Shown here in pieces: positions 44,682-53,273 of a DNA stretch of 64,000 bases. The position numbers and the translations under genes are program-made. This DNA is from Candidatus Dormiibacterota bacterium. Its GTDB lineage: Bacteria > Chloroflexota > Dormibacteria > Aeolococcales > Aeolococcaceae. The notes beneath the pieces were generated by a model. That model was not told the origin of the DNA, did not search any database, and saw only the letters and a program-made list of their open reading frames with translations. The stretch is taken from assembly GCA_963718525.1 (NCBI GenBank), contig OY970355.1, forward strand, positions 1,608,025-1,672,024. Reading direction: 5' to 3'. Positions within the stretch are counted from its first letter, which is position 1; each line of letters begins with the position of its first letter.

Positions 44682-45158
44682 CTATTTGGTCTTGGCGGTC
44701 CTGGCGGGTGACTTCGCGGTCGTGGTCGCCTTGGGGGCGGTGGCAGTGGCCGCGGCCGTCTTCGCTGCGGGCGCCTTGGCACTGGATTTGGTGGTCTTCG
44801 CCGCAGCGGCACGCGCGGGCTGCTTGGCGCTGCGTCCCTTGGCACCGCCGGCTGCAGCGGACCGCACCGCCGCGCCCTCTGTTCCCTCGGCAACGTTCGT
44901 CAGGCGTGCGGCCATCGAGGCCAGCCGCGATTTGCGACGGCGGACATTGTTCCGGTGGAGCACGCCCTTCTCGGCAGCGCGGTCGAGCGCGCGGATGGCG
45001 GCGTGCAACTCGGCGTCGCCGGTGGCAGCGCCCTCTTCGAGAAGCGCGTGGCGCGCTTTGATCACCTTGGTACGCACGGCCGACTTCACCGCGCGGTTGC
45101 GGATGTGCTTCCGCTCGCTGGACCTGATGCGCTTGCGCGCGGATCGGGAGTTGGCCAT
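44682..45158 (-). CDS. rpsT: 30S ribosomal protein S20 with a long Ala/Lys/Thr-rich C-terminal extension
   Basis: 158 aa. The N-terminal 90 aa are canonical (MANSRSARKRIRSSERKHIRNRAVKSAVRT...KGVLHRNNVRRRKSRLA). They are followed by about 70 aa of AAKTTKSSAKAPAAKTAAATATAPKATTTAKSPARTAKTK-type low complexity. Confidence 0.9.
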   Translation of the reverse strand: MANSRSARKRIRSSERKHIRNRAVKSAVRTKVIKARHALLEEGAATGDAELHAAIRALDRAAEKGVLHRNNVRRRKSRLASMAARLTNVAEGTEGAAVRSAAAGGAKGRSAKQPARAAAAKTTKSSAKAPAAKTAAATATAPKATTTAKSPARTAKTK

Positions 45159-45248
45159 GCTCGCTCTTCTAGATCACTCGATAACTGGGCGCGCCCCCCG
45201 GGCAGGTACGAGCCAGGGACGCACGAAGCCAGCAGTATATCAGCGACT

Positions 45249-46133
45249 GTGTCTCGCCTCTCCACTCGGGTTGTTCCCGCATACGCAAAGCTGAACCTGT
45301 CGCTGGCCGTGGTGGCTCGCCGCGTAGACGGCTGGCATGACATCGACAGCGTCCTCGTCCCGGTCGACTGGCACGACCTGGTCGGGCTGAGCCTGGAATT
45401 CGCCGACACTGACAGCCTTGCGCTCACAGTTGGCGGACCGGCCGCGGATGGCGTCCCGACCGGCGACAGCAACCTGACGGCGCGCGCCGCCAAGGCGCTT
45501 CGCAGCCTGGCGGGCCGGCCGCTGGCCATGCGGGTGTGGCTTTCCAAGGTTGTCCCGCACGGCGCCGGGCTCGGCGGCGGTTCGGCCGATGCCGCGGCCG
45601 TCCTCCGCGCCGGGACGAGCCGGCTCGCTGACCTGGGCGTGACGACTGATCCTGAGCAGGTCGCCGCAGCCGCGCTGGAAATCGGCAGCGATGTGCCGGC
45701 GCTGCTCCCGGTATCCACCCAGCGCGTGCGCGGTCGGGGCGATCGGCTCGAGGCACTCGCCACCCCGGCACTCTGTCTTGTGGTCGCATCCACCACGCCG
45801 AGCTCCACGGCGGACACGTATGCGGCCGTGGCCCCGGACGAGATCCGCGACGACGGCCGCTCTGAGCGTCTGGCGCAGCTCATCAACGCAGGCCACGCGC
45901 CCGACCCGAGCCTGATGGGGAGCGCCCTTGAAGCAGCCGCGTGCCGGGCCAACCCGGCGCTGGCAGACGCTCTGCATCGAGCGCGTCGAGCGGGGGTCGG
46001 CGCCGACTGGTATCTGACCGGCAGTGGCGGTGCGGTTTTCACGATCACCCATGGACATCCTCAAGCGGAGCAGCTTGCCGGCGTGATGCGCGCTGCCGGC
46101 TTCAATGCCCGCGCATGCCGGACCGTCGGCTGA
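45249..46133 (+). CDS. ispE: 4-diphosphocytidyl-2-C-methyl-D-erythritol kinase
   Basis: About 294 aa from GTG 45249. PAYAKLNLSLAVVARRVDGWHDIDSV... and GHMP kinase motif PHGAGLGGGSADAAA. Confidence 0.85.
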   Translation: MSRLSTRVVPAYAKLNLSLAVVARRVDGWHDIDSVLVPVDWHDLVGLSLEFADTDSLALTVGGPAADGVPTGDSNLTARAAKALRSLAGRPLAMRVWLSKVVPHGAGLGGGSADAAAVLRAGTSRLADLGVTTDPEQVAAAALEIGSDVPALLPVSTQRVRGRGDRLEALATPALCLVVASTTPSSTADTYAAVAPDEIRDDGRSERLAQLINAGHAPDPSLMGSALEAAACRANPALADALHRARRAGVGADWYLTGSGGAVFTITHGHPQAEQLAGVMRAAGFNARACRTVG

Positions 46134-46161
46134 GGCTCACAGCACTACAATCCGATCCCCA

Positions 46162-47040
46162 GTGACTGTGGCTGATGCACCTTCTGTCACGCCGCCGACG
46201 CCGGAGACCTGTGACCATCCCGCGCCGGTCACCGGGATCCTCGCGCATGAGTTCGCCCACTACGAGGGCGCAATCGGCCCCGAGGGGCTTCGCCGCACCG
46301 TCACGTACTACGGGCCGATCGTCGGTGGACTGCCGATTCGCGCGTGGCACTGCGAGAAGTGCGGGCTGCTCCGCCTGACCTACCCAGACGGTCGCACCGA
46401 GGAACGGCGGCTCTATCCGGGTCCGCAGCCGGGACTGCTCGCCGAGGCATCGCCGGTCGCCACCGAACGCGTTCACTACGGCATGCAGGCGCGCGTTTCC
46501 GGGCTCAGCGCGCAGCCCGCGTTCATCGATCAGCTCACCGGTGGCGCGTCGATCGTCCGGCCCATCCAGTTCCCGACCGTGACGCTGCCCGCCTGGGACG
46601 CGATCACCTGGCTGACCGTGCTCGGCATGATCTCGGTGCTTGTGGGGCTGCTCTTCGCGGGGTTGTTCGCGGCGCTGTCGTACAGCACGCCGAGCGTCGA
46701 ATTGCCCCTCGTGCTGACCATCGTGTTCATCTTTGTCGGGGTGATCGCCCTGCGCCTGATCGTCCTGGTGATCCAGCATTTCGCACCTGCCGACAAGCTC
46801 AGTCCCAGCGTCGCCGAGACGATGCGGGGGACGCCCGAGCTGGACGTGGCAACACGCGCCGTGGTGGTGCTGCTCGCGGTCTGCGTGATGGGTCTCTTCG
46901 CGAGCGCCGTGCTCGCGACATACACCTACTCGACCCCGGGCGCCGAGCTGCCGGTGGTGGTCCTCACCCTGTCGAGCGCGATCATCGCGGCGGTGATCAA
47001 GGTTGTTTCCGTCATCGTGCGTCACTTCTCCGGCCGGTAG
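46162..47040 (+). CDS. hypothetical membrane protein (N-terminal Cys/His zinc-ribbon-like domain + 4 TM helices)
   Basis: About 292 aa from GTG 46162 (start uncertain). CDHP...WHCEKCG. The C-terminal half is an internal duplication (...LSYSTPSVELPLVLT...QHF / ...YTYSTPGAELPVVVLT...RHF). Confidence 0.68.
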   Translation: MTVADAPSVTPPTPETCDHPAPVTGILAHEFAHYEGAIGPEGLRRTVTYYGPIVGGLPIRAWHCEKCGLLRLTYPDGRTEERRLYPGPQPGLLAEASPVATERVHYGMQARVSGLSAQPAFIDQLTGGASIVRPIQFPTVTLPAWDAITWLTVLGMISVLVGLLFAGLFAALSYSTPSVELPLVLTIVFIFVGVIALRLIVLVIQHFAPADKLSPSVAETMRGTPELDVATRAVVVLLAVCVMGLFASAVLATYTYSTPGAELPVVVLTLSSAIIAAVIKVVSVIVRHFSGR

Positions 47041-47060
47041 CGGGCCTGCTCCCGGAGTCG

Positions 47061-48491
47061 ATGCCGCTCCACGCGCCGCCCGACCAGGACATCGTCATCG
47101 TCGGCGCCACCGGTGACCTCGCACAGCGCAAGCTCATCCCCGCCCTCTACAACCTCCACCGTCAGAAGTTGTTGCCAGCCAAGGGCGAGATCATCGGGGC
47201 CGCGCCGTTCGACTGGGACGATCGGCGTTTCCGCGACCTCGCCGAATCATCGGTCAAACAGTTCTCGAGAACGCCGTTGCGGGCGTCGATCTTCGCATCA
47301 TTCGCCAAGCGGCTTCGTTTCGTCCCGCTTCCTCCCAACGACGATCTCTCACCCATACGCGCTGTCTCGAAGCTCGATCACCGCATCGCGTACCTGGCCG
47401 TTCCACCGTCGGCGTTCACATCCCTCATCGAGGGGGTCAAGACGGCGGGCCTTGTCGAGGGAACGTCGATCATCATCGAGAAGCCGTTCGGTCACGACCT
47501 GAGCTCCGCGATGGAGCTGAACAAAACCCTCCACGATGTGGTGCCCGAACAGCGAATCTTCCGCATCGACCATTACATGGGCAAGGAGACCGTCCAGAAC
47601 CTCCTCGTGTTTCGTTTCGGAAACTCGCTGTTCGAGCGGATCTGGAATCGCGAGGCGATCTCACGTGTTGAGATCACCGTCGCCGAGTCGATCGGTGTCG
47701 AGGGCCGCGGCAAGCTCTACGAGGAGATTGGGGCCATTCGTGACATCGTCCAGAACCACATGTTCCAGGTCCTCTCGCTGATTGCGATGGACCCGCCGCT
47801 CTCGTTCGATGCGGAGGCCATCCGCAACGAGAAGGTGAAGGTCCTCGAATCGATTCAGCCGATCCGCCCGCACGACGTGGTCCGCGGACAGTACACGGGC
47901 GGAACCATCGATGGTGAGAAGGTGGTCGGATATCGGGAGGAGCCAGGCGTCTCGCCCGCGTCCACCACGGAGACCTACGCGGCGCTGCGCCTCCACCTGG
48001 AGTCGTGGCGCTGGTCGGGCGTGCCCTTTCTGCTGCGCACCGGCAAGCGGCTGCCGACGCGAGATACTCGCGTGGTCATCACGTTTCACGATGTCCCGCT
48101 CCACCTGTTCAAGACAGCCGGCGTGCACGCCCTGAACCGCAACCGTTTGGTCGTGCGCATTCAGCCGGATGAGGGCATCGCGCTTTCATTCGTCGCCAAG
48201 CAACCGGGACCGGAGGTCACCGCGCAGTCGGTCGACATGAATTTCAAATACGGCGACTTATTCAAGACCTCGCCCCCCGAGGCATACGAGCGGCTGCTGC
48301 ACGACGCGCTCAATGGCGACCACACCCTGTTCATCCGTGAGGACGAGGTCGAGAGCGGATGGCGGGCGGTCGAGCCGGTCATCGAGGCGCCCCCGCCGAT
48401 CACCTTCTACCAGGCGGGAGCGTGGGGACCGTCCGACGCCGAGCGGATCGCGAGTCCAGGACATTGGGACGAATCGGTCGGCGCCGTATGA
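47061..48491 (+). CDS. zwf: glucose-6-phosphate dehydrogenase
   Basis: 476 aa from ATG 47061. IVIVGATGDLAQRKLIPALYNL, EKPFGHDL, RIDHYMGKETVQNLLVFRFGN. The 715-aa track ORF is an upstream extension across the previous gene. Confidence 0.93.
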   Translation: MPLHAPPDQDIVIVGATGDLAQRKLIPALYNLHRQKLLPAKGEIIGAAPFDWDDRRFRDLAESSVKQFSRTPLRASIFASFAKRLRFVPLPPNDDLSPIRAVSKLDHRIAYLAVPPSAFTSLIEGVKTAGLVEGTSIIIEKPFGHDLSSAMELNKTLHDVVPEQRIFRIDHYMGKETVQNLLVFRFGNSLFERIWNREAISRVEITVAESIGVEGRGKLYEEIGAIRDIVQNHMFQVLSLIAMDPPLSFDAEAIRNEKVKVLESIQPIRPHDVVRGQYTGGTIDGEKVVGYREEPGVSPASTTETYAALRLHLESWRWSGVPFLLRTGKRLPTRDTRVVITFHDVPLHLFKTAGVHALNRNRLVVRIQPDEGIALSFVAKQPGPEVTAQSVDMNFKYGDLFKTSPPEAYERLLHDALNGDHTLFIREDEVESGWRAVEPVIEAPPPITFYQAGAWGPSDAERIASPGHWDESVGAV

Positions 48492-49456
48492 CCGCTTCCC
48501 CCGTTCTCATCGGGGTCGACCTGGGCGGGACGAGCATCCGCGCCGCGGTGGCGATCGGCGACGTGACGCACGGCGAGCCGGTGGTACGCGATACCCCGTC
48601 ACGGGAGGGGCCTGCCGCCGTGCTCGATGCCGTCGCGGAGTGCGCTCGCGAGGCCGCCGACTCCGCGCACATTCGCGGGCTCGCGATCGGCATTCCGGGT
48701 CCACTCGATCCCGGTTCGGGTGTGGTCCACAATGCGCCGAACATGACCGGCTGGAACGAGGTTCCGGCTGCCGCGATGCTCTCGGAGCGAGTTGGGTGTC
48801 CCGTGGTCATCTGTCATGACGCGGCTGCGGCCGGATACGCGGAGCTCAAGGCGGGCGCGGGGCGCGGTGCCCAGTACCTGCTGTTCATCACCGTGAGCAC
48901 CGGTATCGGCGGGGCGCTGTTCACCGGCGGTGATCTGTACGCCGGCGCAACCGGGTCGGCCGGCGAGGTCGGCCACACACCCATCAGCGATGACGGCCCG
49001 CGCTGCGGCGAGGGTCATCCGGGATGCCTCGAGGGGACATCGTCCGGCACCGCGATCGCGGCTCGGGCTCGCGCCGAGCTCGCCGCCGGCCGCGTCTCGT
49101 CGCTCATGGGTGTCGACCCCGCCTCGATCGACGCACGGGCGATCGCCACCGCCGCGAACGGGGGTGACGAGCTCGCGCTCCAGGTCTTCAACGACGCCGG
49201 CCATGCGCTCGGCCGCGCGATTGGTGGGTTCATCAATGTGCTCGCCCCCGACGTACTCGTCATCGGAGGCGGGCTGATTCGAGCGGGCGACCTGCTGCTC
49301 AAACCGGCGCGTCTCGCAGCCACGGAAATTGCGTTCGAGATCCCGTACCGGCGCTGCAAGATCGTCACCGCGGCGCTGGGGACCGACGCCGGCCTGATCG
49401 GCGCCGTGGCATGGGCGGTGCGCAGCTTTGGCGGCGTTCCCGCGGGGATGCGTTAG
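48488..49456 (+). CDS. glk: ROK-family glucokinase
   Basis: 322 aa with an ATGA overlap to zwf. LIGVDLGGTSIRAAV...GIPGPLD...GEVGHTPI...CGEGHPGCLEG (ROK zinc motif). Confidence 0.88.
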   Translation: MTASPVLIGVDLGGTSIRAAVAIGDVTHGEPVVRDTPSREGPAAVLDAVAECAREAADSAHIRGLAIGIPGPLDPGSGVVHNAPNMTGWNEVPAAAMLSERVGCPVVICHDAAAAGYAELKAGAGRGAQYLLFITVSTGIGGALFTGGDLYAGATGSAGEVGHTPISDDGPRCGEGHPGCLEGTSSGTAIAARARAELAAGRVSSLMGVDPASIDARAIATAANGGDELALQVFNDAGHALGRAIGGFINVLAPDVLVIGGGLIRAGDLLLKPARLAATEIAFEIPYRRCKIVTAALGTDAGLIGAVAWAVRSFGGVPAGMR

Positions 49457-49477
49457 GCGCGAAGGGCGGCGGAGACG

Positions 49478-50152
49478 CTACGACCAGGTCTGGGCGTCGC
49501 CGTCGCGCTTGCGTCTCGCCATGAATGCGGCCACCTCGGCGCGCCGCGAAAGGTCGAGCTTCATGAGGATGTTGCTCACGTAGTTCTTCACGGTCTTCTC
49601 GGCGAGATGGACCTGTTCCCCGATCTGGCGATTGGTCATCCCTTCGGCGACCAGGCCGACGATGCGCCGCTCTTGCGGTGTCAACTGCTCGGCGCCGGCG
49701 TCAGTGCTTCCGCCGAGGACGTCGCCGCGAATCCGCGCAAGCACCTGGCCGGTGACCGAGGGGTCGAGAAGTGATTCGCCCTTGGCGACCCGATGGATCG
49801 CGTCGAGCAGTTCGTTGCCGTGGATCTGCTTCAGGACGTATCCGGACGCACCGGCCATGATGGCGCTGAAGAGCGCTTCGTCATCCGCGAAGGAGGTGAG
49901 GATGAGCACTCGAGTCTCCTCGCGATGCGCGCGGATATCCCTGCATGCCTCGACGCCGGAGCGCCCCGGCATCCGCACATCCATGACCACCACGTCCGGC
50001 GTGGATTCGGCCGCAGCGCTCACCGCCTCATCGGCAGAGCCCGCCTCGCCGATGACGTCGATGGTCAGATCGGACTCCAGCAGCGAGCGGAGCCCGCGAC
50101 GCACCAGCTCATGATCGTCGCAGAGCAACACGCGAATGCGGGTGGCAGGCAT
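49478..50152 (-). CDS. NarL/LuxR-family response regulator (DosR/DevR-like)
   Basis: 224 aa from ATG 50150-50152. RVLLCDDHELVRRGL...DVVVMDVRMPG...LILTSF... plus the LuxR HTH LTPQERRIVGLVAEGMTNRQIGEQVHLAEKTVKNYVSNILMKL. Confidence 0.92.
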   Translation of the reverse strand: MPATRIRVLLCDDHELVRRGLRSLLESDLTIDVIGEAGSADEAVSAAAESTPDVVVMDVRMPGRSGVEACRDIRAHREETRVLILTSFADDEALFSAIMAGASGYVLKQIHGNELLDAIHRVAKGESLLDPSVTGQVLARIRGDVLGGSTDAGAEQLTPQERRIVGLVAEGMTNRQIGEQVHLAEKTVKNYVSNILMKLDLSRRAEVAAFMARRKRDGDAQTWS

Positions 50153-50226
50153 TGCTCCAGTGTAGGGGGCCATTGGTCACATGGATCCAAGCCCAGAGGC
50201 TCTGTTCAGCGTCGAGAGATCACCCG

Positions 50227-50721
50227 ATGCTCGTTGGTGAGATGCTGATCCAGGATTTCGTGCAGATCGACCGCAACTACGACGCGGTGAAGGCGCGCGT
50301 GCGCGCCGATCCACGTGGTTTGATCGCGGACAGCGCCGGCGCAGCGTACCGGCAGGGGGAGCACCTGTCCCTCCGCCTCGCACCGCTCAAGGGCATGCCG
50401 CGTCTCGTCAAGACGATCGACGTGGATCTCGCGGAACCCTACGAGCGTGAGGACCGTCTGGTGGTTCCGATGCACTGGTGGGCACCCGGTGCGACCCGAT
50501 TCTTCCCGCACCTCGACGGCGACCTCGAATTCGCGCCACTGGGGTCGACAACCTGTCAGATCACCCTCATGGGAAGCTACGACCCGCCGCTTGGCTTCGT
50601 CGGCCGGCACGCAGACACCCTGCTGCTCCACCGCGTCGCCGTCGCGAGCATCCGCTCCTTCCTCGTCAACGTGTCGCGCAACGTCGAGCGGCCCGCTCGG
50701 GCTGCTCAGAGCGTTCGCTGA
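50227..50721 (+). CDS. hypothetical protein (possibly SRPBCC/START-like; weak)
   Basis: 164 aa from ATG 50227. Good GC3. It lies between the kinase and regulator genes on the opposite strand. No firm motif. Confidence 0.6.
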   Translation: MLVGEMLIQDFVQIDRNYDAVKARVRADPRGLIADSAGAAYRQGEHLSLRLAPLKGMPRLVKTIDVDLAEPYEREDRLVVPMHWWAPGATRFFPHLDGDLEFAPLGSTTCQITLMGSYDPPLGFVGRHADTLLLHRVAVASIRSFLVNVSRNVERPARAAQSVR

Positions 50722-50726
50722 GGGGC

Positions 50727-51857
50727 TCAGCGCCTTCGGTGTCTCTCTCGGGGCACGGACCACACCGCACGAACGCCGCGCGATCCAACGGTTTCGAGCG
50801 TGAATGAGCCGCCAAGTTTCCGAGCCCGTTCTGACAGGTTGGCACGGCCAAGCCCCGCGCTGCGATCGTCGCTCAACCCGACGCCGTTGTCCTCCACGGT
50901 CAGTGTCACCTCGATGCCGGCGCGGACGCGGACCTCGACGCCGGTGGCGTGCGCGTGGCGTACGACGTTGCTGAGGAGCTCCCGGAGTGCGGCGAGCAGG
51001 TGCTCCGCGAGGTCCGCACCGACGATGGTGTCGACTGGGCCGTCAAATCGCACACGCGGCTCGAATCCCAGCGCAGGGGTCATCTCGGCGGCAACCGCGA
51101 GGATGCGAACGCGGCAGCCGGACGGTCCCCGCTCGTTCGCCTGCAACTCGAAGATCACGCCGCGGATCTCGCGTATCGTCGCGTCAAGATCGTCGACCGC
51201 CGCCTGGATCCTGTCGGCGACCGTGCTGTCGCCGACCACGCGCGAGAGTCCCTGCAGGCCGAGGCCGGTCGCGAAGAGTCGCTGGATCACCGTGTCGTGC
51301 AGGTCGCGGGCGATGCGTTCGCGATCGTGGAGCAGCGCGAGCTCCTGGACCCGCTCATGGAGTTGCGCGTTCTCGATGGCGACACCGGCCGCGCTGGCAA
51401 GCGCGACCGCGAGGGTCTCGTCGTTGGTGGTGAACGGGCCGCCACCCGCCTTCTCGGTCACGTAGAGGTTGCCGAAGACCTCATTGCGAATCCGGATCGG
51501 CACACCGAGAAACGTGCGCATGGCCGGGTGGCCGGCGGGAAACCCCACCGAGTCCGGGTGGGCACCGAGGTCGTCCAGGCGCAGGGGGCGTGGCTCATGG
51601 ATGACCAGGCCGAGGATGCCGAGTCCCCGCGGCAGATGCCCGATGTGGCGCCTGACGGCGTCGTCGATGCCCTCGGTGATGAACTCATCCAGCAGCATCT
51701 CGCCCTGAGCCGATTCGGCCCCGAGGACTCCGAGCGCGCCGTACTGCGCGCCCGTCTGATCGCAGGCGACCTGGACGATTCGCTGGAGCACTGCGGGCAG
51801 CTCCAGATCGGACGAGATCGCAAAGATCGCATCGAGAATCCGCTGCACGTTGCTCAT
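50727..51857 (-). CDS. cytoplasmic GAF-domain sensor histidine kinase (HisKA_3/NarX-DevS type)
   Basis: 376 aa from ATG 51855-51857. GAF block ...YGALGVLG...NLYVTEK. H-box DRERIARDLHDTVIQRLFA. ATPase blocks ELLSNVVRHA, DNGVGL, GLGRANLSERARKLGG. Confidence 0.9.
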   Translation of the reverse strand: MSNVQRILDAIFAISSDLELPAVLQRIVQVACDQTGAQYGALGVLGAESAQGEMLLDEFITEGIDDAVRRHIGHLPRGLGILGLVIHEPRPLRLDDLGAHPDSVGFPAGHPAMRTFLGVPIRIRNEVFGNLYVTEKAGGGPFTTNDETLAVALASAAGVAIENAQLHERVQELALLHDRERIARDLHDTVIQRLFATGLGLQGLSRVVGDSTVADRIQAAVDDLDATIREIRGVIFELQANERGPSGCRVRILAVAAEMTPALGFEPRVRFDGPVDTIVGADLAEHLLAALRELLSNVVRHAHATGVEVRVRAGIEVTLTVEDNGVGLSDDRSAGLGRANLSERARKLGGSFTLETVGSRGVRAVWSVPRERHRRR

Positions 51858-51910
51858 ACCACCAAGCGTAGCCTGCTCGAGCGACCGATGCGGTCTTCGC
51901 TGCGGTCGTG

Positions 51911-51932
51911 ATATTCTGAATTTACTGAATAT
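51911..51932. promoter_or_regulatory. AT-rich inverted/direct repeat in the divergent kinase / GbsR-regulator promoter region
   Basis: ATATTCTGAATTTACTGAATAT. Arms ATATTC (51911-16) and GAATAT (51927-32) are inverted repeats. CTGAAT occurs twice (51916-21, 51925-30). This is the only strongly AT-rich patch in this stretch. Confidence 0.45.
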
Positions 51933-51945
51933 AGGCAGGCGATCC

Positions 51946-52392
51946 ATGAACCAGGCGCAGATGACCTTCATCGACGACATGGGCCAGCTCATGGCCGGCT
52001 GGGGGATCCCTCGGACCACCGGCCGGATCTACGCATACCTGCTGCTCCAGCGCGAGCCCGCGACCCTCGACGACATCGCAGCCGATCTCAGCATCGCCAA
52101 GAGTGGCGCAAGCGTCGCATCGCGGCAGCTCGCACAGCTCGGATTGGCACGGGCTGTGGGCCAGCCAGGCAGCAGGCGGGTGCTGTACGAGGCGCTGTAC
52201 AACATCGAATCGATCATCGCCGCGCGCACCGGGCAGATGAATGACCTGATCGTCCGGTTGCGCCAGGGTGCGCGCGTCGCACCCGGCGGCCAGGGGCGCC
52301 GGCGGCTGCAGAACATGGCGGAGTGGTGCGAGGCGTGGGTCCAGCAGTTCCCCATCGTGATGCGGCGCCTGGAGAAGCAGAGGAAGAGATGA
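51946..52392 (+). CDS. GbsR/MarR-family transcriptional regulator
   Basis: 148 aa from ATG 51946. GWGIPRTTGRIYAYLLLQREPATLDDIAADLSIAKSGASVASRQLAQLGLAR. Confidence 0.8.
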   Translation: MNQAQMTFIDDMGQLMAGWGIPRTTGRIYAYLLLQREPATLDDIAADLSIAKSGASVASRQLAQLGLARAVGQPGSRRVLYEALYNIESIIAARTGQMNDLIVRLRQGARVAPGGQGRRRLQNMAEWCEAWVQQFPIVMRRLEKQRKR

Positions 52393-53273
52393 CGAGCGCC
52401 ATCGCGACTCACGCGCTCACCAAGGACTACGGTTCAGGACACGGACTCTTCGAACTGGATCTGGAGATCGCGGAAGGCGAGGTCTTCGGATTCCTTGGGC
52501 CCAACGGTGCGGGCAAGACCACCACCATCCGGCTGCTCATGGGCCTCATCCACGCGACTGCCGGAACGGCCACGGTCTTCGGTCTCGACTGCGATCGCGA
52601 TTCGGTTGCGGTGAAACGCGAAGTCGGCTACCTCCCGGGTGACCTGCCCCAGTTCGGCGGGATGCGCGGGAGCGAGGTGGTGGCATATCTCGGAGGCATG
52701 CGCGGTGGCATCGACAGGGAGCGAGTGAAGGATCTCGCGGAGCGGTTCGAGCTCGACCTGGGGCGCCGCTTTCGAGAATATTCGCGCGGCAACAAGCAGA
52801 AGCTCGGCCTGGTGCTTGCGTTCATGCATCGCCCGCGCCTGCTCATCCTCGATGAGCCGACGGGCGGTCTCGACCCGCTCAACCAGCAGACGTTCCATCG
52901 GCTCGTCGGCGAGGTGAGCGCATCCGGCGCGACGGTCTTCCTCTCATCGCACGTGCTGTCCGAGGTCGAGGAAACGTGCTCCAGAGTCGGGATCATTCGC
53001 GACGGCGGTCTCGTGTCCGACATGACCATGGACAGAGTTCACGAGCTGCGTTTTCACGAGGTGGTCATCGAATTCAATGGTGAGGTGCCGGAAGCCGCTG
53101 TGCGCGCTGCCGCGGGGGTCGAGGACGTCAAGGTTGACGGTGCGAAGCTCACCTGCAGGGTGCACGGGGGATTCGACGCACTCCTGGCAGCCATCAGCGG
53201 CCACTCAGTGGTCGACATGGTCAGCAGGGAGCCGAGCCTCGAGTTGATCTTCCTCAGCTACTACACCAGCTGA
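52389..53273 (+). CDS. ABC transporter ATP-binding protein (ABC-2/DrrA-like exporter)
   Basis: 294 aa with an ATGA overlap to the regulator. GPNGAGKTTT, YSRGNKQKLGLVLAF, LLILDEPTGGLD. Confidence 0.92.
   Translation: MTSAIATHALTKDYGSGHGLFELDLEIAEGEVFGFLGPNGAGKTTTIRLLMGLIHATAGTATVFGLDCDRDSVAVKREVGYLPGDLPQFGGMRGSEVVAYLGGMRGGIDRERVKDLAERFELDLGRRFREYSRGNKQKLGLVLAFMHRPRLLILDEPTGGLDPLNQQTFHRLVGEVSASGATVFLSSHVLSEVEETCSRVGIIRDGGLVSDMTMDRVHELRFHEVVIEFNGEVPEAAVRAAAGVEDVKVDGAKLTCRVHGGFDALLAAISGHSVVDMVSREPSLELIFLSYYTS

Noticed and set aside
46344-47060. Upstream 239-aa extension of the zwf ORF
   Set aside because: It overlaps the membrane-protein gene out of frame and is Arg-rich. Canonical Zwf begins at MPLHAPPDQDIVIVGATGDL (ATG 47061), which is preceded by GGAG.
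50704-50712. Third copy of the GCTCAGAGC palindrome (extended ...GCGT) at the 3' end of the 164-aa gene
   Set aside because: It is a single 9-mer inside coding sequence. In 64 kb of GC-rich DNA, about 0.2-0.5 chance occurrences are expected, and there is no promoter context.
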